Shown: piece after piece, positions 22,854 to 35,742 of the stretch | Layout: every line of letters starts with the position of its first letter | How positions within the stretch are numbered: the stretch's first letter is position 1 | Source of the DNA: Octopus sinensis | Lineage: Eukaryota | Direction: 5' to 3' | Length of the DNA: 41,147 bases | Assembly: GCF_006345805.1 (NCBI RefSeq) | Contig: NW_021832790.1 | Coordinates: 1 to 41,147, forward strand | Translations under genes and position numbers: made by a program | The notes under the pieces: model-generated | What the model was told of the DNA's origin: nothing | The model's input: the letters and a program-made list of their open reading frames with translations, nothing else | Database searches by the model: none

Positions 22854-24752
22854 ATATATTATATATATATTTATATTTATATATATATTATCCATAGATT
22901 TATATATTAAGCATTGTTAGATATATTGATATAGATCTCTATATTCATGACTGTAAATATGTACAAATGCGAGTATTTATGATTGTGTGTATATTTATGT
23001 ATTAATGATTATCTACTTCTTCCTCTCTATACATGTATGATGCATGTATCTATATACACCTGTAATGGTGCGAATGTGCGTATACGCATATCTATATATC
23101 TGTGTATGTATATATTTATATGTGTATTCATATATAAATATATTTATGTACTTGTATGCATATTTAAATTAATTTTACTACACACACACACACACACATA
23201 TATTTATATATAAACAAAGTTTTATAAGGTCATACACATACGTGTACTTACATATGTGTACATACACGCAGATACACACGTATACACACGCATGCATTAC
23301 TTTCTACATCTTTCTATTTATTCATACATCGTAAAAGAAAAAATAAATTGCCTCCAAGTGCAAATTACTAATAGATTACCTTCCTTCGTATATAAACTTG
23401 AGAAGTGAACATGAAATAAGTGAAGTATATGACAGATTCCTTCATAACTTACGTACATAATTTAATTTACTGTTTAAGAGAGTCAGGTAAAAAAAAAAGA
23501 AATATTTATGTAAGAATAAAAAATAATAAAATATAAATGCTCATCCAGGCAGTAAGGGCACAATAAATATAAGAACACTTGCAATATAAATAACAGTCAG
23601 AATTTTGTGTAGCGAGATATAATCAATTATATGAAGCTCAGTATTTCACTGTTTATTTTATCGAATCTAAAAGCATGAAAAATTCTTACCTGAACCTAAG
23701 TCTTAAAATCTTAACATACTTGCTTCTATTTATAGGTTAGGGTCTCTTACTAATTCTGTTGTCGAGAATATATATATCATTCCTTATTTGCATTTACAAA
23801 GCAGTGGTATGTAATTTCGTTTCTCTTTGTTATTCCTTCGACAAAATCCTCGAGCAAGGAGGTACTCTCTCTGGTGACATGCGTTGTCCACATACATCTT
23901 CGACCTAAATCGAGTAGAAAACGCGCCAATTGTAGACAACTAGTTGGAGCGCGAGTATATATCGTTCATATAAAAACCATGAACAACCCACTGAGGCAGA
24001 AACAACATCAGGAATAATAGCAGCAACACGGTGTCCAGACGATTACTAACTAAATGCTCTACCGAAACAGCGAAGCATACTGACAGCAAATTGAGAACAA
24101 GAAGTTGCTCTCCCCGCCATAAAAGCAACACCAACGCCAATAATGGCTATATCATAATAATGGCCTTGTAGATACGTGCATATATAAGTATGTATGGACG
24201 TTCGTATATGTAAGTATAACGTGTGTTCTGTATATATATATTTGTATTTATGTGCCCATCTGGTATATTCAACTGACGAAAGCAGAGCTTATTTGAAGCA
24301 AGGCTAGAAATCCAGGATCTTGAATTATACAGTAAAGTTTTTTTGCTAGTATATTTTGTCTCTCTGTCTTATCTCGTGGTGCGATATGAACATTTTAGGT
24401 GGTTTTTAGAGTCAGGGTTTTGACTGCTATTTCGGCATGGTGGTGTCTCTCAGATACCCTTATTTATAGTTGTAAAAAAATTATTACTTTTATATCGTAT
24501 TTATTCCCATGCTGGCCACTTGATAATATCGATATTTAAATATCGATAACGTGTGTTCTGTATATATATATATATATATATATGCATATATGTATATATA
24601 TAGATATGTGTATATATATATGCATACGCACACATATACTTATATATATGCATATTTATAATGAATGCGAGAAGCGCAAAATGGAGTTTACGAGAATCTT
24701 TAATCACCACAACGATCGTTTCGACACATCTTGAATCGGTCGCTTGCGGGCA

Positions 24753-25309
24753 GGATACTGTACAACTGATTCTGTTGCATCCTCCGGTGCACATGCATCT
24801 GGGCAAGTGTTTTTATTCCTAAAGAACTCATCTTGCTAAATATACTTGGTTTCGCCCGGCATGTTGCTGCTGCAAGTAGACCGTTGCTTATAATGACAGC
24901 GGGTGGATACAATATCCGGGTTAATGGGTCTGGCTGTAGTTCATAGTGATTCACTATGGACTTAATTTCAAACCATGCAGAAGATCCAGCATGTGTTAGG
25001 CGATGATGACATGAGCAAAAGGCATATGTAGAAGTAGTACAAGGGTTCCAAACATGAGTGCACCTCAGTGGAGAGTGCAGCACGCCCAGACAGACCATCC
25101 AAACACTGAGACGAGGAGCCGATTTAGAGGGTTCGGCGTATTGTCATGAAAGACCTTCGTTCCGCAATCCTGGAAATTACTCAGGAATTGGGAATAGGCA
25201 CAGGATGTGTGACTATTACTTTCTTAGCAAGATGAGTTCTTTAGAACAAAAACACTTGACGAGATGCATCTGCACCGGAGGATGTAACGCAATCAGTTGT
25301 ACAGTATCC
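24753..25309. repeat. Inverted repeat: arms 24753-24839 and 25224-25309, 384-bp spacer
   Basis: Arms are reverse complements with 8 differences in 87 nt. Confidence 0.92.
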
Positions 25310-25609
25310 ACTGTACCACGTCAGTGGGATGGTTTTTGCGGGATATTTAACTGCTATTTCATTCTAGTTAAGCGACTACATGGAAGGTTCCCTCGTTGGT
25401 TCCATTGCCACAATTGCCCCATGTTAGTCGATTCCTGTGCTGGAACCTAGAAAAGTTACGTTATTTCCAGAGGGAAAAGAATATAACGATTCGGGTCATC
25501 GATCTACATCTGTGAGAGAGAAAAACAGAAACAGCAGGGCTATGGAAGCATGCATAATTGTATGGACAAGAAACACACACACAAACATATATATATATAT
25601 ATATATATA

Positions 25610-25658
<49 letters not shown>

Positions 25659-25660
<2 letters not shown>

Positions 25661-25835
25661 CGGGAATGTTTACAAAATAAAAAAAGACGAGGCAGGTGGA
25701 GTACAAACAAACACATGTATTAGTATAGCGCTCAGGAAGAGAAATAGAAAAAGTCTTTTACGTTTCGAGCCTACGTTCTTCGACAGAAAGATACACAGAA
25801 AAAAAAGAGAGAAAAACAGAAAAAGAGATGTGGAT
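25659..25835 (-). mobile_element. Short repeat with hammerhead-like motif (Penelope pLTR-like)
   Basis: Minus strand 25792-25753: aTCTTT-CTGTCGA-a-gaac gtag gctc-GAAAC-GTA-AAAGAc. Element boundaries are approximate and partly from recall. Confidence 0.5.
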
Positions 25836-26182
25836 GCTTTCATTGGCTGCTTGCTGGTTGCTATCCAGTGTTATCAACAGCAGCGACAACAATTCCACTC
25901 TCTTCCTCACTCTTAGTCGAAGAACAAGAAATGGGCTCCAAATTGCTCCTTTCGTTATTACTTACTACTCACGGCGATTAAACTTGATAATATTGTTCTT
26001 CTAAAAACTCTTCTTCCATAGAGTACTCTCGATATGAAACAAGGGAATCTTATATTTAAAAACATTATTATTAATAAAGTAACTCTTTTCTTCCGCGCTG
26101 AAAATTCTTATCAGGAAATTCACTCTCATGGTGGTCGTCTGTCTTTTCAACAATTTCAGAAAAAATATCACCAAAAAACAAA

Positions 26183-26375
26183 GGTAAGAAACTTGCTTAC
26201 AAACTACATAGCTCCGGGTTCAGTCCCACTGCGTGTCACTTTGACAACTGTTTTCTAATATAGAGTCGGGCCGACCAAAGACTTGTGAGTGGACATGATA
26301 GACGGACACTGAAATAAGTCTATCGTATATATATTATATATATATAATATAATATATATATATATTATATGTATA

Positions 26376-26414
<39 letters not shown>

Positions 26415-26431
26415 ATATTATATGTATTATA

Positions 26432-26514
<83 letters not shown>

Positions 26515-26522
26515 CATATATA

Positions 26523-26563
<41 letters not shown>

Positions 26564-26667
26564 CATATATATACATATAATATATATATGTATTTATATA
26601 TATATAACATATATATTTTATATATATATACATATATATATACATATAATAAATATATATATAATAC

Positions 26668-26698
<31 letters not shown>

Positions 26699-27023
26699 TA
26701 TATTTTATATATATAAATATATATGTATACATATATATGTAATATAATATATATATATATGTGTGTGTGTGTGTTTATGTGTGTGTGTTTGTGTGTATAT
26801 ATATGTATGTATTTTTGTGTGCGCATGTCTACGTTTGTCACCCCACCATCGCTTGACGACCGATGATGGTGTGTTTATGTCCACGTAACCTAGCGGTTCG
26901 GCAACACAGACCGATAGAATAAGTACCACGCCTACAAAGAATACGTCCTGGGGTTGATTTGTTCGTCTAAAGGCGGTACTCCAGCATGGCCGCAGTCAAA
27001 TCACTGAAACCACTAAAAGAATA
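26183..27023 (+). mobile_element. Family A SINE with about 500-bp expanded internal microsatellite
   Basis: Head and core 26183-26323, TA/TG tract about 26324-26826, 3' half catcgcttgacgaccgatg..ccagcatggccgcagtcaaat..aaagaata. Confidence 0.88.
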
Positions 27024-27468
27024 CCTCACTACTTCACACTGTTTGTTCACCTTATTACGCACAGAGTGCGTAATAAGTTATAAGTTGTATGAGGTGGACT
27101 GATAAGTTTCTCCTGTTAATAACCGCGGAGTGTCACCAAAATTGTCTCCCTTAAGTGGGGAAAGGTTCAGTAGCTTTGCTACTCTAGAGCTGAGACATGT
27201 TCTCGAGTACCAATGAGCAATTGTAGGAGGGTTTCTCATTCTTAAATGAAGGAAAGAATAAAAGAATGAACGAAAAAAATGTCGTCATTACAACTGTATG
27301 TGTGTATGTGTGTATGTGTGTATGTTTGTGTGTGTGTGTGTAATATGTATGTGTGTGTGTGTGTTGGCTCTTTATTTTGGTGTTGCTATCATTTCCTTGT
27401 AAAGATAAACTACTACACATGTACTAACTGTACACTAATCGCACCTATGATATGAGTAACATACGGCA

Positions 27469-27934
27469 TTGACTATTGCTCACTCCATGCATGGATATCC
27501 ATGAGAGAGCATGGCTTGGAGGTTACGGTATTCGCTTCACAGATATAACATTATGGGTTCAAGTCCTAGACCGGACGGTGCATTCTATCATTGGAGAACG
27601 TACTTAATTTTACGTTTCTGCAGCCGACACAACAGAATAGGAATACTAGTAGAATACTCGGTTTCCATCCAATTTTTTGATCTCCTGAAGAGACGAGACG
27701 ACGTTTCACAAATAATAACAGCATAAAGATAATCATTTGTACGAAACGGTTGGCTCCTATTCTTGATGCCCGTCCTGGATTCAATGCAAATATAGAGCCC
27801 TATGCGCCAAATAAGGGATCACCTTCGCCCGGTTTAGGATTTGAACCCACAGTGTTATATCTGGGAAGCGAACACCGTAACCTCCAGGCCATGCGCCCTC
27901 ATGGATATCCATATATGGCGTGAGCAATAGTCAA
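27469..27934. repeat. Inverted pair of tRNA-like (family D) heads facing inward
   Basis: Arms about 27469-27575 and 27826-27934 both read ttgactattgctcac..atggatatccatgag..catggc(t/c)tggaggttacggt..gggttcaa(g/a)tccta.accgg. Confidence 0.9.
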
Positions 27935-28198
27935 CACTTATTGAATTTAGGAGAGTATCATTAATCTCTTAATTTTTACTTCTTTTCAGATATTAGACCG
28001 TGGCCATGCTGTGGCATCGTCTTGAAGAGTATTCAGTGTCGAATGAATCGGAGCGACTATGTTCTAACTTTTAAGCCTGCTACGTATTGTATCGAACACA
28101 TATGCCGAAACGCTATTATACGAGGACAGAAACATATCAACAACGGTTCTCAAGCAGCGGCAGGCAGGGAACAAACATAGGGAGAAACACATACACAC

Positions 28199-28233
<35 letters not shown>

Positions 28234-28406
28234 TATATAATAATTATATATAATATATATATATATATATATACGTTTAAATATTGGTTTTGCAAGATTT
28301 ATTGGCTAAACTGGCAATATGACCATTCCGAAATATAACAATATATATATATATATATATTAATTTATCCCATTAATTTATCTCCCTCATTATTTAAATA
28401 TCATAT

Positions 28407-28482
<76 letters not shown>

Positions 28483-28495
28483 TGTGTGTGTGTAT

Positions 28496-28636
28496 ACCGA
28501 ATCGACACACAAGGCTTTAGTCTGTCTGAGGATATTGTAGAAAAACGCTTACTAAAGTTGCCACGCAGTAGGACTGAACCCAGAACCATGTGATTGGGAA
28601 GCAAGCTTCTAACCAGAAACCCACGCCTGCACCTAT
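28496..28636 (-). mobile_element. Family A SINE 5' half
   Basis: Minus strand ataggtgcaggcgtggg..catggttctgggttcagtcctactgcgtggc..aaagccttgtgtgtcgattcggt. Confidence 0.82.
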
Positions 28637-28830
28637 GAGTATGGTAAAATTCATTTTCAGAACAAAGGGAACCGAAGACAAAACGAGTAAAGCCTGACAG
28701 CCACAGCTGGGATGTGTCTTCAGAGGAGTCTTGTGGAGCAGAACTCAAAACCAACAACACCTAAGGCGACAAAACATCAAAATTATAATCGTGTGTCAGT
28801 TCATACGTATTATGAATTCATATATTACAT

Positions 28831-29245
28831 ATAGGCGCACGAGTGGCTGCGTGGTAAGTGGCTTACTTATCAACCACATGGTTCTGGGTTCAGTCCCACT
28901 GCATGGCACCTTGGGCAAGTGTCTTCTACTATAACCTCGGGCCGACAAAAGCCTTGTCAGTGCATTTGGTAGATGGAAACCGATAGAAGCCCATCGTATA
29001 TATTTGTGTGTGTATGTGTGTGTTTGTGTCTGTCCTGTGTGTGTCTGTGTCTGTGTGTCTGTGTTAGTCAACACATCATCGCTTGACAACCAATTTTGGT
29101 GTGTTTACGTCCCCGTAACTCAGCGGTTCGCCAAAAGAGACGATACGATAAGTACTAGGCTTACAATGAATAAGTTCTGGGATCGATTTGTTTGACTAAA
29201 AAGGCGGCGCTGCAGCATGGCCGCAGCCAAATAAAGAATAAAAAA
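28831..29245 (+). mobile_element. Family A SINE, full length
   Basis: Same head, core, internal TG tract and tail as 10446-10848. Confidence 0.9.
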
Positions 29246-29264
29246 TGTGTATATATATATACAT

Positions 29265-29313
<49 letters not shown>

Positions 29314-29630
29314 TAAATACATACATGTATATATATGCATGTATAAATACATACATACATACATACGTACATACACAATGAATAAATGAAAACATATTTT
29401 CAAAGCGAGGTACAGATTATGTAACATGGTTATTATAGCTTTGTATTAAAGCACTATTGCATAATATAATTGAAAATAATTAACATCGAATATTTGCGTT
29501 ACAGCAGAGCAAAAGAACTGTAAAAAAAAATGCTGTTATTGAATTCGGAATTTTATATTCAACAAGATATAATGATAATCAATTCGTCCTCACATAGCAC
29601 GACTGATGTATTTTATATATTTGTACACAC

Positions 29631-29673
<43 letters not shown>

Positions 29674-30139
29674 GTAGTCCAGTGTTTGTTAAAATTGTGT
29701 GCAGACAAATATATTAGTTAATCGATTTCCATTTCTAACTTGGCATTGTATTTTCGTATTTTTAGAGAATTTGACACTATTATCTACTAAAATATTGTAA
29801 GTAATTTCGATGCTTTGCAACAATCTACAGGTAAATATTTATGAAATAACCGGATTAACAAACTGCTTATTTGTTTCCCCCAACCAACATACACCATTGT
29901 TCTTTTTTCTATCCATACTTGATTTGCCTTCTATTGATCGATGTTTCTCATAATGAAATTTCTGTTGTATTCGCCATTTGCTTTTATCAGCGCTGGTATC
30001 TGTCATTGATACACACTCCTCCCTTTGGCGAAAATGCATTTTTATTACATACTTATTCCTGTCCGCCTTACATAGCAGAACTGTCACATTTTTAAAACCA
30101 TGTTGCACGAGGTTTTACGGATACAAATATGTATTAAAA

Positions 30140-30304
30140 TAGGCGCAGGAGTGACTGTGTGGTAAGTAGCTTGCTTTGCAACCACATGGTTCCGGGTTCA
30201 GTCACGTGGCATGGCACCTTGAGCAAGTGTCTTCTCCTAAAGCCCCGGCTCGACCAAAACCTTGTGAGTGGATTTGGTTGACGGAAACTGAAAGGAGCCC
30301 GTCG

Positions 30305-30349
<45 letters not shown>

Positions 30350-30547
30350 TTGCTTCCTCAACATCGTTTGACAATTAATGGTGGTGTGTTTACATCCCCC
30401 GTAACTTAGCGGTTCGGTATAAGAGACCGATAGAATAAGGACTAGGCTTACAAAGAATAAGTCCTGGGGTCGATTTCTTCGACTAAAGGCGGTACCCCAG
30501 CATGGCCACGATCAAATGAGTGAAAAAATTTAAATAATAAAAGAATA
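30140..30547 (+). mobile_element. Family A SINE, full length
   Basis: Same architecture as the other A copies. Confidence 0.9.
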
Positions 30548-30804
30548 TAACAATTTATTCTGTATTTTCTTCCATCCTTCGCCAAAACAAGTAGAAAACC
30601 GTTCGGTTGCAAGAAAGTTTCTGCTACCGTCCATTTCTAATTAACAGGACCACTGCATCAAAAACGATCCTTGAAAAACAATAACTTTAACAACGACGAC
30701 AACAACAGAGCAATTATAATAATAGTGAATTGGTTTCAATTTATTGGGAATTCAGCTAGAAGTAAAGACTCAAATTTCACTCTACAGTTTTCAAAAAGGT
30801 AAAA

Positions 30805-31203
30805 TCTTTATATATAAAAGTGAAGTTGTGTGTCTGTCTCCTACGATTTAGATTCCTAACTACTCCCACATTTTGCGGTGCAGTTTAACCAAAACCGGGT
30901 ATCTTATAGTCGTGATTCATATCGAGCCCTTATGGGTATTAGCGCGCGTCTACGATGAGTCTACGATTAAAAAAAAAATTACCATCATTTTTTCCCATTC
31001 TAATGCATTTTTTCGCTATTACATAAGGGAAGTAACTCTCTAAAAATGTCTACGATGAGTCAAGGATTTAAAAAAAAAATTTACCATAATTTTTTCTCCA
31101 TTTTTAATGCATTTTTTTTGCTAGTTTTTGAGTATAACTCTCTAAAAATGCTTATATAGTTATTTCCCTTACAAACCCGAGCAACGCCGGGCGATACTGC
31201 TAG
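30805..31203 (+). mobile_element. Non-autonomous Helitron H2, 399 bp
   Basis: A|TCTTTATATATAAAAG ... cccgagcaacgccgggcgatactgCTAG|T, with an internal tandem duplication of about 95 bp. Confidence 0.92.
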
Positions 31204-31775
31204 TATTATATCATATAGCCCATGGTGTTTGAGGAGAAAGCGGAAAGATGATCAAGAATTAAGTATCATGTTGATCATAATATACATTGCTCAATTTTCT
31301 ACCGATCGCTTCGCTTTCTTTCTCTACTCGTCTCTCTGCTTCATCAGACCCCGCTTCGCTAAACCCATGAAATTGGCCATACTTGCCGGACAACGTCGAG
31401 ATTTTGACGATGATTCGTCCACAGCTTATGAAGAGACGAGCGTCCATCTGATTGTTTTAATCATTTCACTTGTTAATTTCTCTGTTGCCTTCTGTCGCAA
31501 AGGTATACATATGATGACTGCCCCATCTTATCAAACGATAGCTGCTGCATACCATCTACTGAGACATCTGTACGCCATTGGAGTAAAGCGACAAAAGCTT
31601 GTAGAACACGCTATCCATTATCTTGGTCGCCATGGTATTCTTCCGTGACTAGCATCGCAAAGAGACTGGCATAACTTATATGAGAGTATGTTTCTCCTAG
31701 AACAGCTGCTTTTGCTACAGCTTTGTCATAAATAATAGAAACTTCCTCCACTCCTAGGAAATCTATTGAACTTAT

Positions 31776-31887
31776 GCATACATACACACATACATACACA
31801 CATACATACACACATACATACATACATACATACATACATACATACATACATACATACATACATACATACATACATACATACATACAT
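31776..31887. repeat. (CATA)n microsatellite
   Basis: Direct reading. Confidence 0.93.
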
Positions 31888-31894
31888 GCAATCT

Positions 31895-32128
31895 TGTGAC
31901 TGGGTTTGGTGCACAGAAATTGAAATAAGCTCTGTATGCGTGTGTGTTTGTTTCTAACCACCACTATACAACAGGTGTTCGTTTGTTTACTTATCCGAAA
32001 CCTGGCGGTTCGCCAAAGAGCAACCAATATAGTAAGTACCGCACTTAAAATGTACAGTGATGATTCATTTGATTAAACCGTTTAAGACGGTATCCTGAGA
32101 AGACTACAGCCTAACGAGTGAGCGATGT
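31895..32128 (+). mobile_element. Highly diverged family A SINE, 5'-truncated
   Basis: gggtttggt..gaaattgaaataagc..tgtgtg..gtttgtttac..ggcggttcgccaaagag..taagtacc. Confidence 0.5.
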
Positions 32129-32199
32129 AAGACACGATATATATTATATATATATACACACATCTCTCTCTCCATCCACCTATCTCTCTCTATATATAC

Positions 32200-32292
<93 letters not shown>
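32200..32292. repeat. (CTAT)n microsatellite
   Basis: Direct reading. Confidence 0.95.
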
Positions 32293-32295
<3 letters not shown>

Positions 32296-32357
32296 TTCTA
32301 TTATCTATCTATCTATACATACATACATACATATAATATATATATATATATATTAAC

Positions 32358-32402
<45 letters not shown>

Positions 32403-32744
32403 AATATATATATATATATTCGCACATACTTTGCTACAGACATACGATGATTCAAACGCAGTCATGCGTACATGTTGATGCTCCCATACACACACACACA
32501 TATATAAGTTCATTCACACACAGTCTCACACACACACACACACACACACTCACACACAGTCACACACACACACACGCACGCACCGAGCTCTTGTCGCTCA
32601 GAACTAATCATTTGTTGCTAATGCACGAAAGATTGTCAAAGAGGATTAGCAAACAGAAAAGCAGATATTTCCTTGAGCGTCTCTCCGTAGATATTCTGCG
32701 ACAATTCCTGAATATCTTAATTTATGGACTGCGTTGACGTTGAT

Positions 32745-33840
32745 ACACAAACATTGATGTCGCCGTCGTTCTTACTGATCTTGTCGCTGTCGGTGGTGTT
32801 GGTGTCGTTGCTGCTGTCGCTGATGCTGCTGATGTAGTTGTCGTTGACCTCTGTGCTGCTGCTGTTGCCGCTGTGTGCTTTGTTACTGCGATTGATGTTG
32901 TTGTTGTTGTTGTTGTTGTTTGTAGTTTACTGTTAACGAGGATGGCGATTGCTGCGCTGAGGATGTTGGTGGTGACGGCGGTGACGGTGGTGGCATTGGC
33001 GGGGATGATTGCGATAATGATGATGATGGTGATGATGATGATGATGATGATGATGACGATGGGGATGGTGATGATGATCGTGGAGATGATCGTGATGACG
33101 ATGATGATGATCGCGAAGAAGATGGTCGTGATGACGATGATGATGATCGTGATGATGGTGATGATGATGATGATGACGATGGGGATGGTGATGATGATCG
33201 TGGAGATGATCGTGGTGACGATGATGATGATCGCGATGATATCATCATCGTCGTAATGATTATGATAATGAAGATGGTCGTGATGACGATGATGATGATG
33301 GTGATGATGTCATCACCATCGTCGTAACGATTATGATGATGAAAATGATAATGATGATCGTGATGACGATGATGATGATTATGATGATAATTTTGGTGAT
33401 GAGGATGATGACAACGACGTCGTCAACAACGACGATGCTGCTGAGTGTTGAACATGAAGCGGAATATTGCTGATGCTGGTTAATGTTAAGGTTAATGCCG
33501 CTTCTGCTGCTGTTCCTTATGCTGCTGTCGCTGCGCTGCTGTGGAGCTGCTGCGGCGCTGCTGTGGCGCTGCTGTGGAGCTGCTGTGGGACTGTTGTGGC
33601 ACTGCTGCGTAACTAGTGTGACGCTGCTGGTAGAGCAGCTGTAGCGCCGCTTGGAATTGCTGTGGCGCTGCCGTGGTGCTGATGTGGAGCTGCTGCTGAT
33701 AGCGATAACTTCGATGATGATGACGACGACAACGACGACGATTAAATTGATGATGATGATGATGTTGGTAAAGTAGATCCTGATGATGACGACGGCAACG
33801 ATGACGATATCGATACCACGGCAATGACGATAACGCTGCT

Positions 33841-33871
<31 letters not shown>

Positions 33872-34120
33872 ATGCTGTTGGTGCAAAGAATGATAGTGGA
33901 TAGCATCGATGATTATTTGATTATCATCACTCCTTTCCGTGAGTAAACTTTATCAAAACCTCACCAGAAGCATCTTCATCATCGTCAGCATCCGCTGCAC
34001 CAACGGCAGCGGTTGCTGCATCATTATCCTGGATGTTGTGGTCGTCATTCCCAACAGTATCGAACCATTGTGACAACCTGTACACTTACAGGGCCTTATC
34101 ATCTCACAGACATCATTATG

Positions 34121-34152
<32 letters not shown>

Positions 34153-34154
34153 CC

Positions 34155-34186
<32 letters not shown>

Positions 34187-34560
34187 CAGTATCAATGTTA
34201 TGATGAAAATTATTATGTTGATGATGATGATGGAGATGATGACCATGATGATGATGATGATGGTGGTGATGATGATGATGATTATGATGACGATGATGGT
34301 GATGATGACAATGATGATGATGATGATGATGATCTTGTTTGATGACGATTCTGATAATGCTGCTCATGGAGAGAAATATTTTAAGCCAATAATATTCGGC
34401 ATTATCGCTAACATCATCACCACCAACACCATCGTTGCACAAACATTATCGTGAATGTCATCATAATCATTATCGTCTTCATCTTCGCCGCTGTCGTCCT
34501 TCTCATCTTTCTTCTTCTCCTCTTCCAACACCATCATCTCTATCATCATCCTCAATTAGA
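32745..34560. repeat. 1.8-kb mosaic of GAT/CAT, GTT and GCT triplet repeats
   Basis: Orientation flips GAT to ATC several times; 120-bp internal duplication (about 33052 and 33172); 15-bp gctgtgg(a/c)gctgct minisatellite at about 33530-33690. Confidence 0.92.
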
Positions 34561-34742
34561 ACATTAACCCCAAAACAACATGGCCATCAACGAGAAAATG
34601 ATAAATATTTTAAACCGGCTCCGCAAGAAACAAAGATGAATTCAAAATGAATGCGACTCAAGTAAGAGAACAACGTAATGGCGGATTACTGATTTGACAC
34701 AAATTTTAGCAGCATTAGTTTCAGTTCTTCTGTAACAGTTGT

Positions 34743-34938
34743 CCCTTATAGACGCTGGGCCTGAAACATTAGTGGAGGTGCTAGTCGACCACATCGGCTC
34801 CAGTGTTCAAATGATGCTTATTTTATCGACCCCCGAAAAGATGAAATGCAATGTCAGTGTGGGTGAAATTTGAACTCAGAGCATAAAGAGTTGGAACAAT
34901 TATCGCCAAGCATTTTGTTCGATGCGCTAAAGATTCCG
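34743..34938 (-). mobile_element. Family B SINE (diverged)
   Basis: cttattttatcgacccccgaaaagatgaaa..aaatttgaactcagagc..gcattttgttcgatgcgctaa. Confidence 0.75.
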
Positions 34939-35101
34939 TATGCTGACCTCTTTGACTGTTATTCATAACAAATAATGTAGAAGTAAGCTACAGCTGTCGA
35001 CTGCTGTCCATTATTGTAGATGCTTTTAAAGCTAGTGAAACACAATGAGGTTGAATAATGAGTTTTACTGCCGTCCGGAAGAATCTATTTTTTGCTGATG
35101 T

Positions 35102-35125
35102 TTAGGGTTAGGGTTAGGGTTAGGG
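35102..35125 (+). repeat. Interstitial (TTAGGG)4
   Basis: Four perfect telomeric hexamers. Confidence 0.9.
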
Positions 35126-35254
35126 TTTCTATGACATCCATGATTGAGCATACAAATCATTAATTTCCGTTGATTAAAGATTGGACGTACGAAACACACT
35201 TATGATTATAATGGTTTTCGATTCAGGCGCAATGCTAGTGCTGAGTCTAATTCG

Positions 35255-35414
35255 ATACCATCGACCACAATACCTGGCTTTTTTACTTTAATTCATTGAA
35301 AGCGAAAGGACGAAAAGCGAGGTTGACTTCGGTGAGGTACGAACTTAGAACGTAAATGGTTGGAACAAATACGAAAAAGCATTTTTTCCGAAAGTCCCAC
35401 GACTTTTCCAGTTC
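35255..35414 (-). mobile_element. Family B SINE (highly diverged)
   Basis: gaaaggacgaaaagcgaggttgacttcggtg..gaacttagaacgtaaa..gcatttttt. Confidence 0.6.
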
Positions 35415-35697
35415 CCCGTCCTCTTGTGTATCTTATAATGCGTTAACGCTAGTCTTCCGTTAATTACAGTCCTTCGCAGCTTGTTGCATCAAATTCTGAA
35501 TCAAAAATTATACATATACACAAACATACACTTACATATACGTACACATACGCACGCACACACACACATACATACACATACACGCACACATATATGTATA
35601 TGTATACATGTATATATGAATATATACATATGAGTATATAGACGTATGTATATGCGAATATATATATATATATATATCTATATATTTATATTATATA

Positions 35698-35742
<45 letters not shown>

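Noticed and set aside
23926-23976. CCAAT (23926) plus TATAAAAA (23969) promoter-like pair
   Set aside because: Such motifs are frequent by chance in AT-rich DNA, and no downstream gene is identifiable.
27603-27712. CTGAAGA on plus next to GAAACGTC on minus, and a CTGTTG..GAAACGTA motif, in the D-pair spacer
   Set aside because: The core halves are on opposite strands or lack A9 and stems, so no single-strand fold is possible.
31301-31352. Minus-strand CTGATGA...GAAGCGATCGGT hammerhead candidate
   Set aside because: No stem I or stem II pairing, and GAAA is mutated.
32873-34650. Poly-Met, poly-His, poly-Ser and poly-Gln ORFs
   Set aside because: Automatic products of GAT/CAT/GCT triplet arrays; overlapping frames on both strands are equally open.
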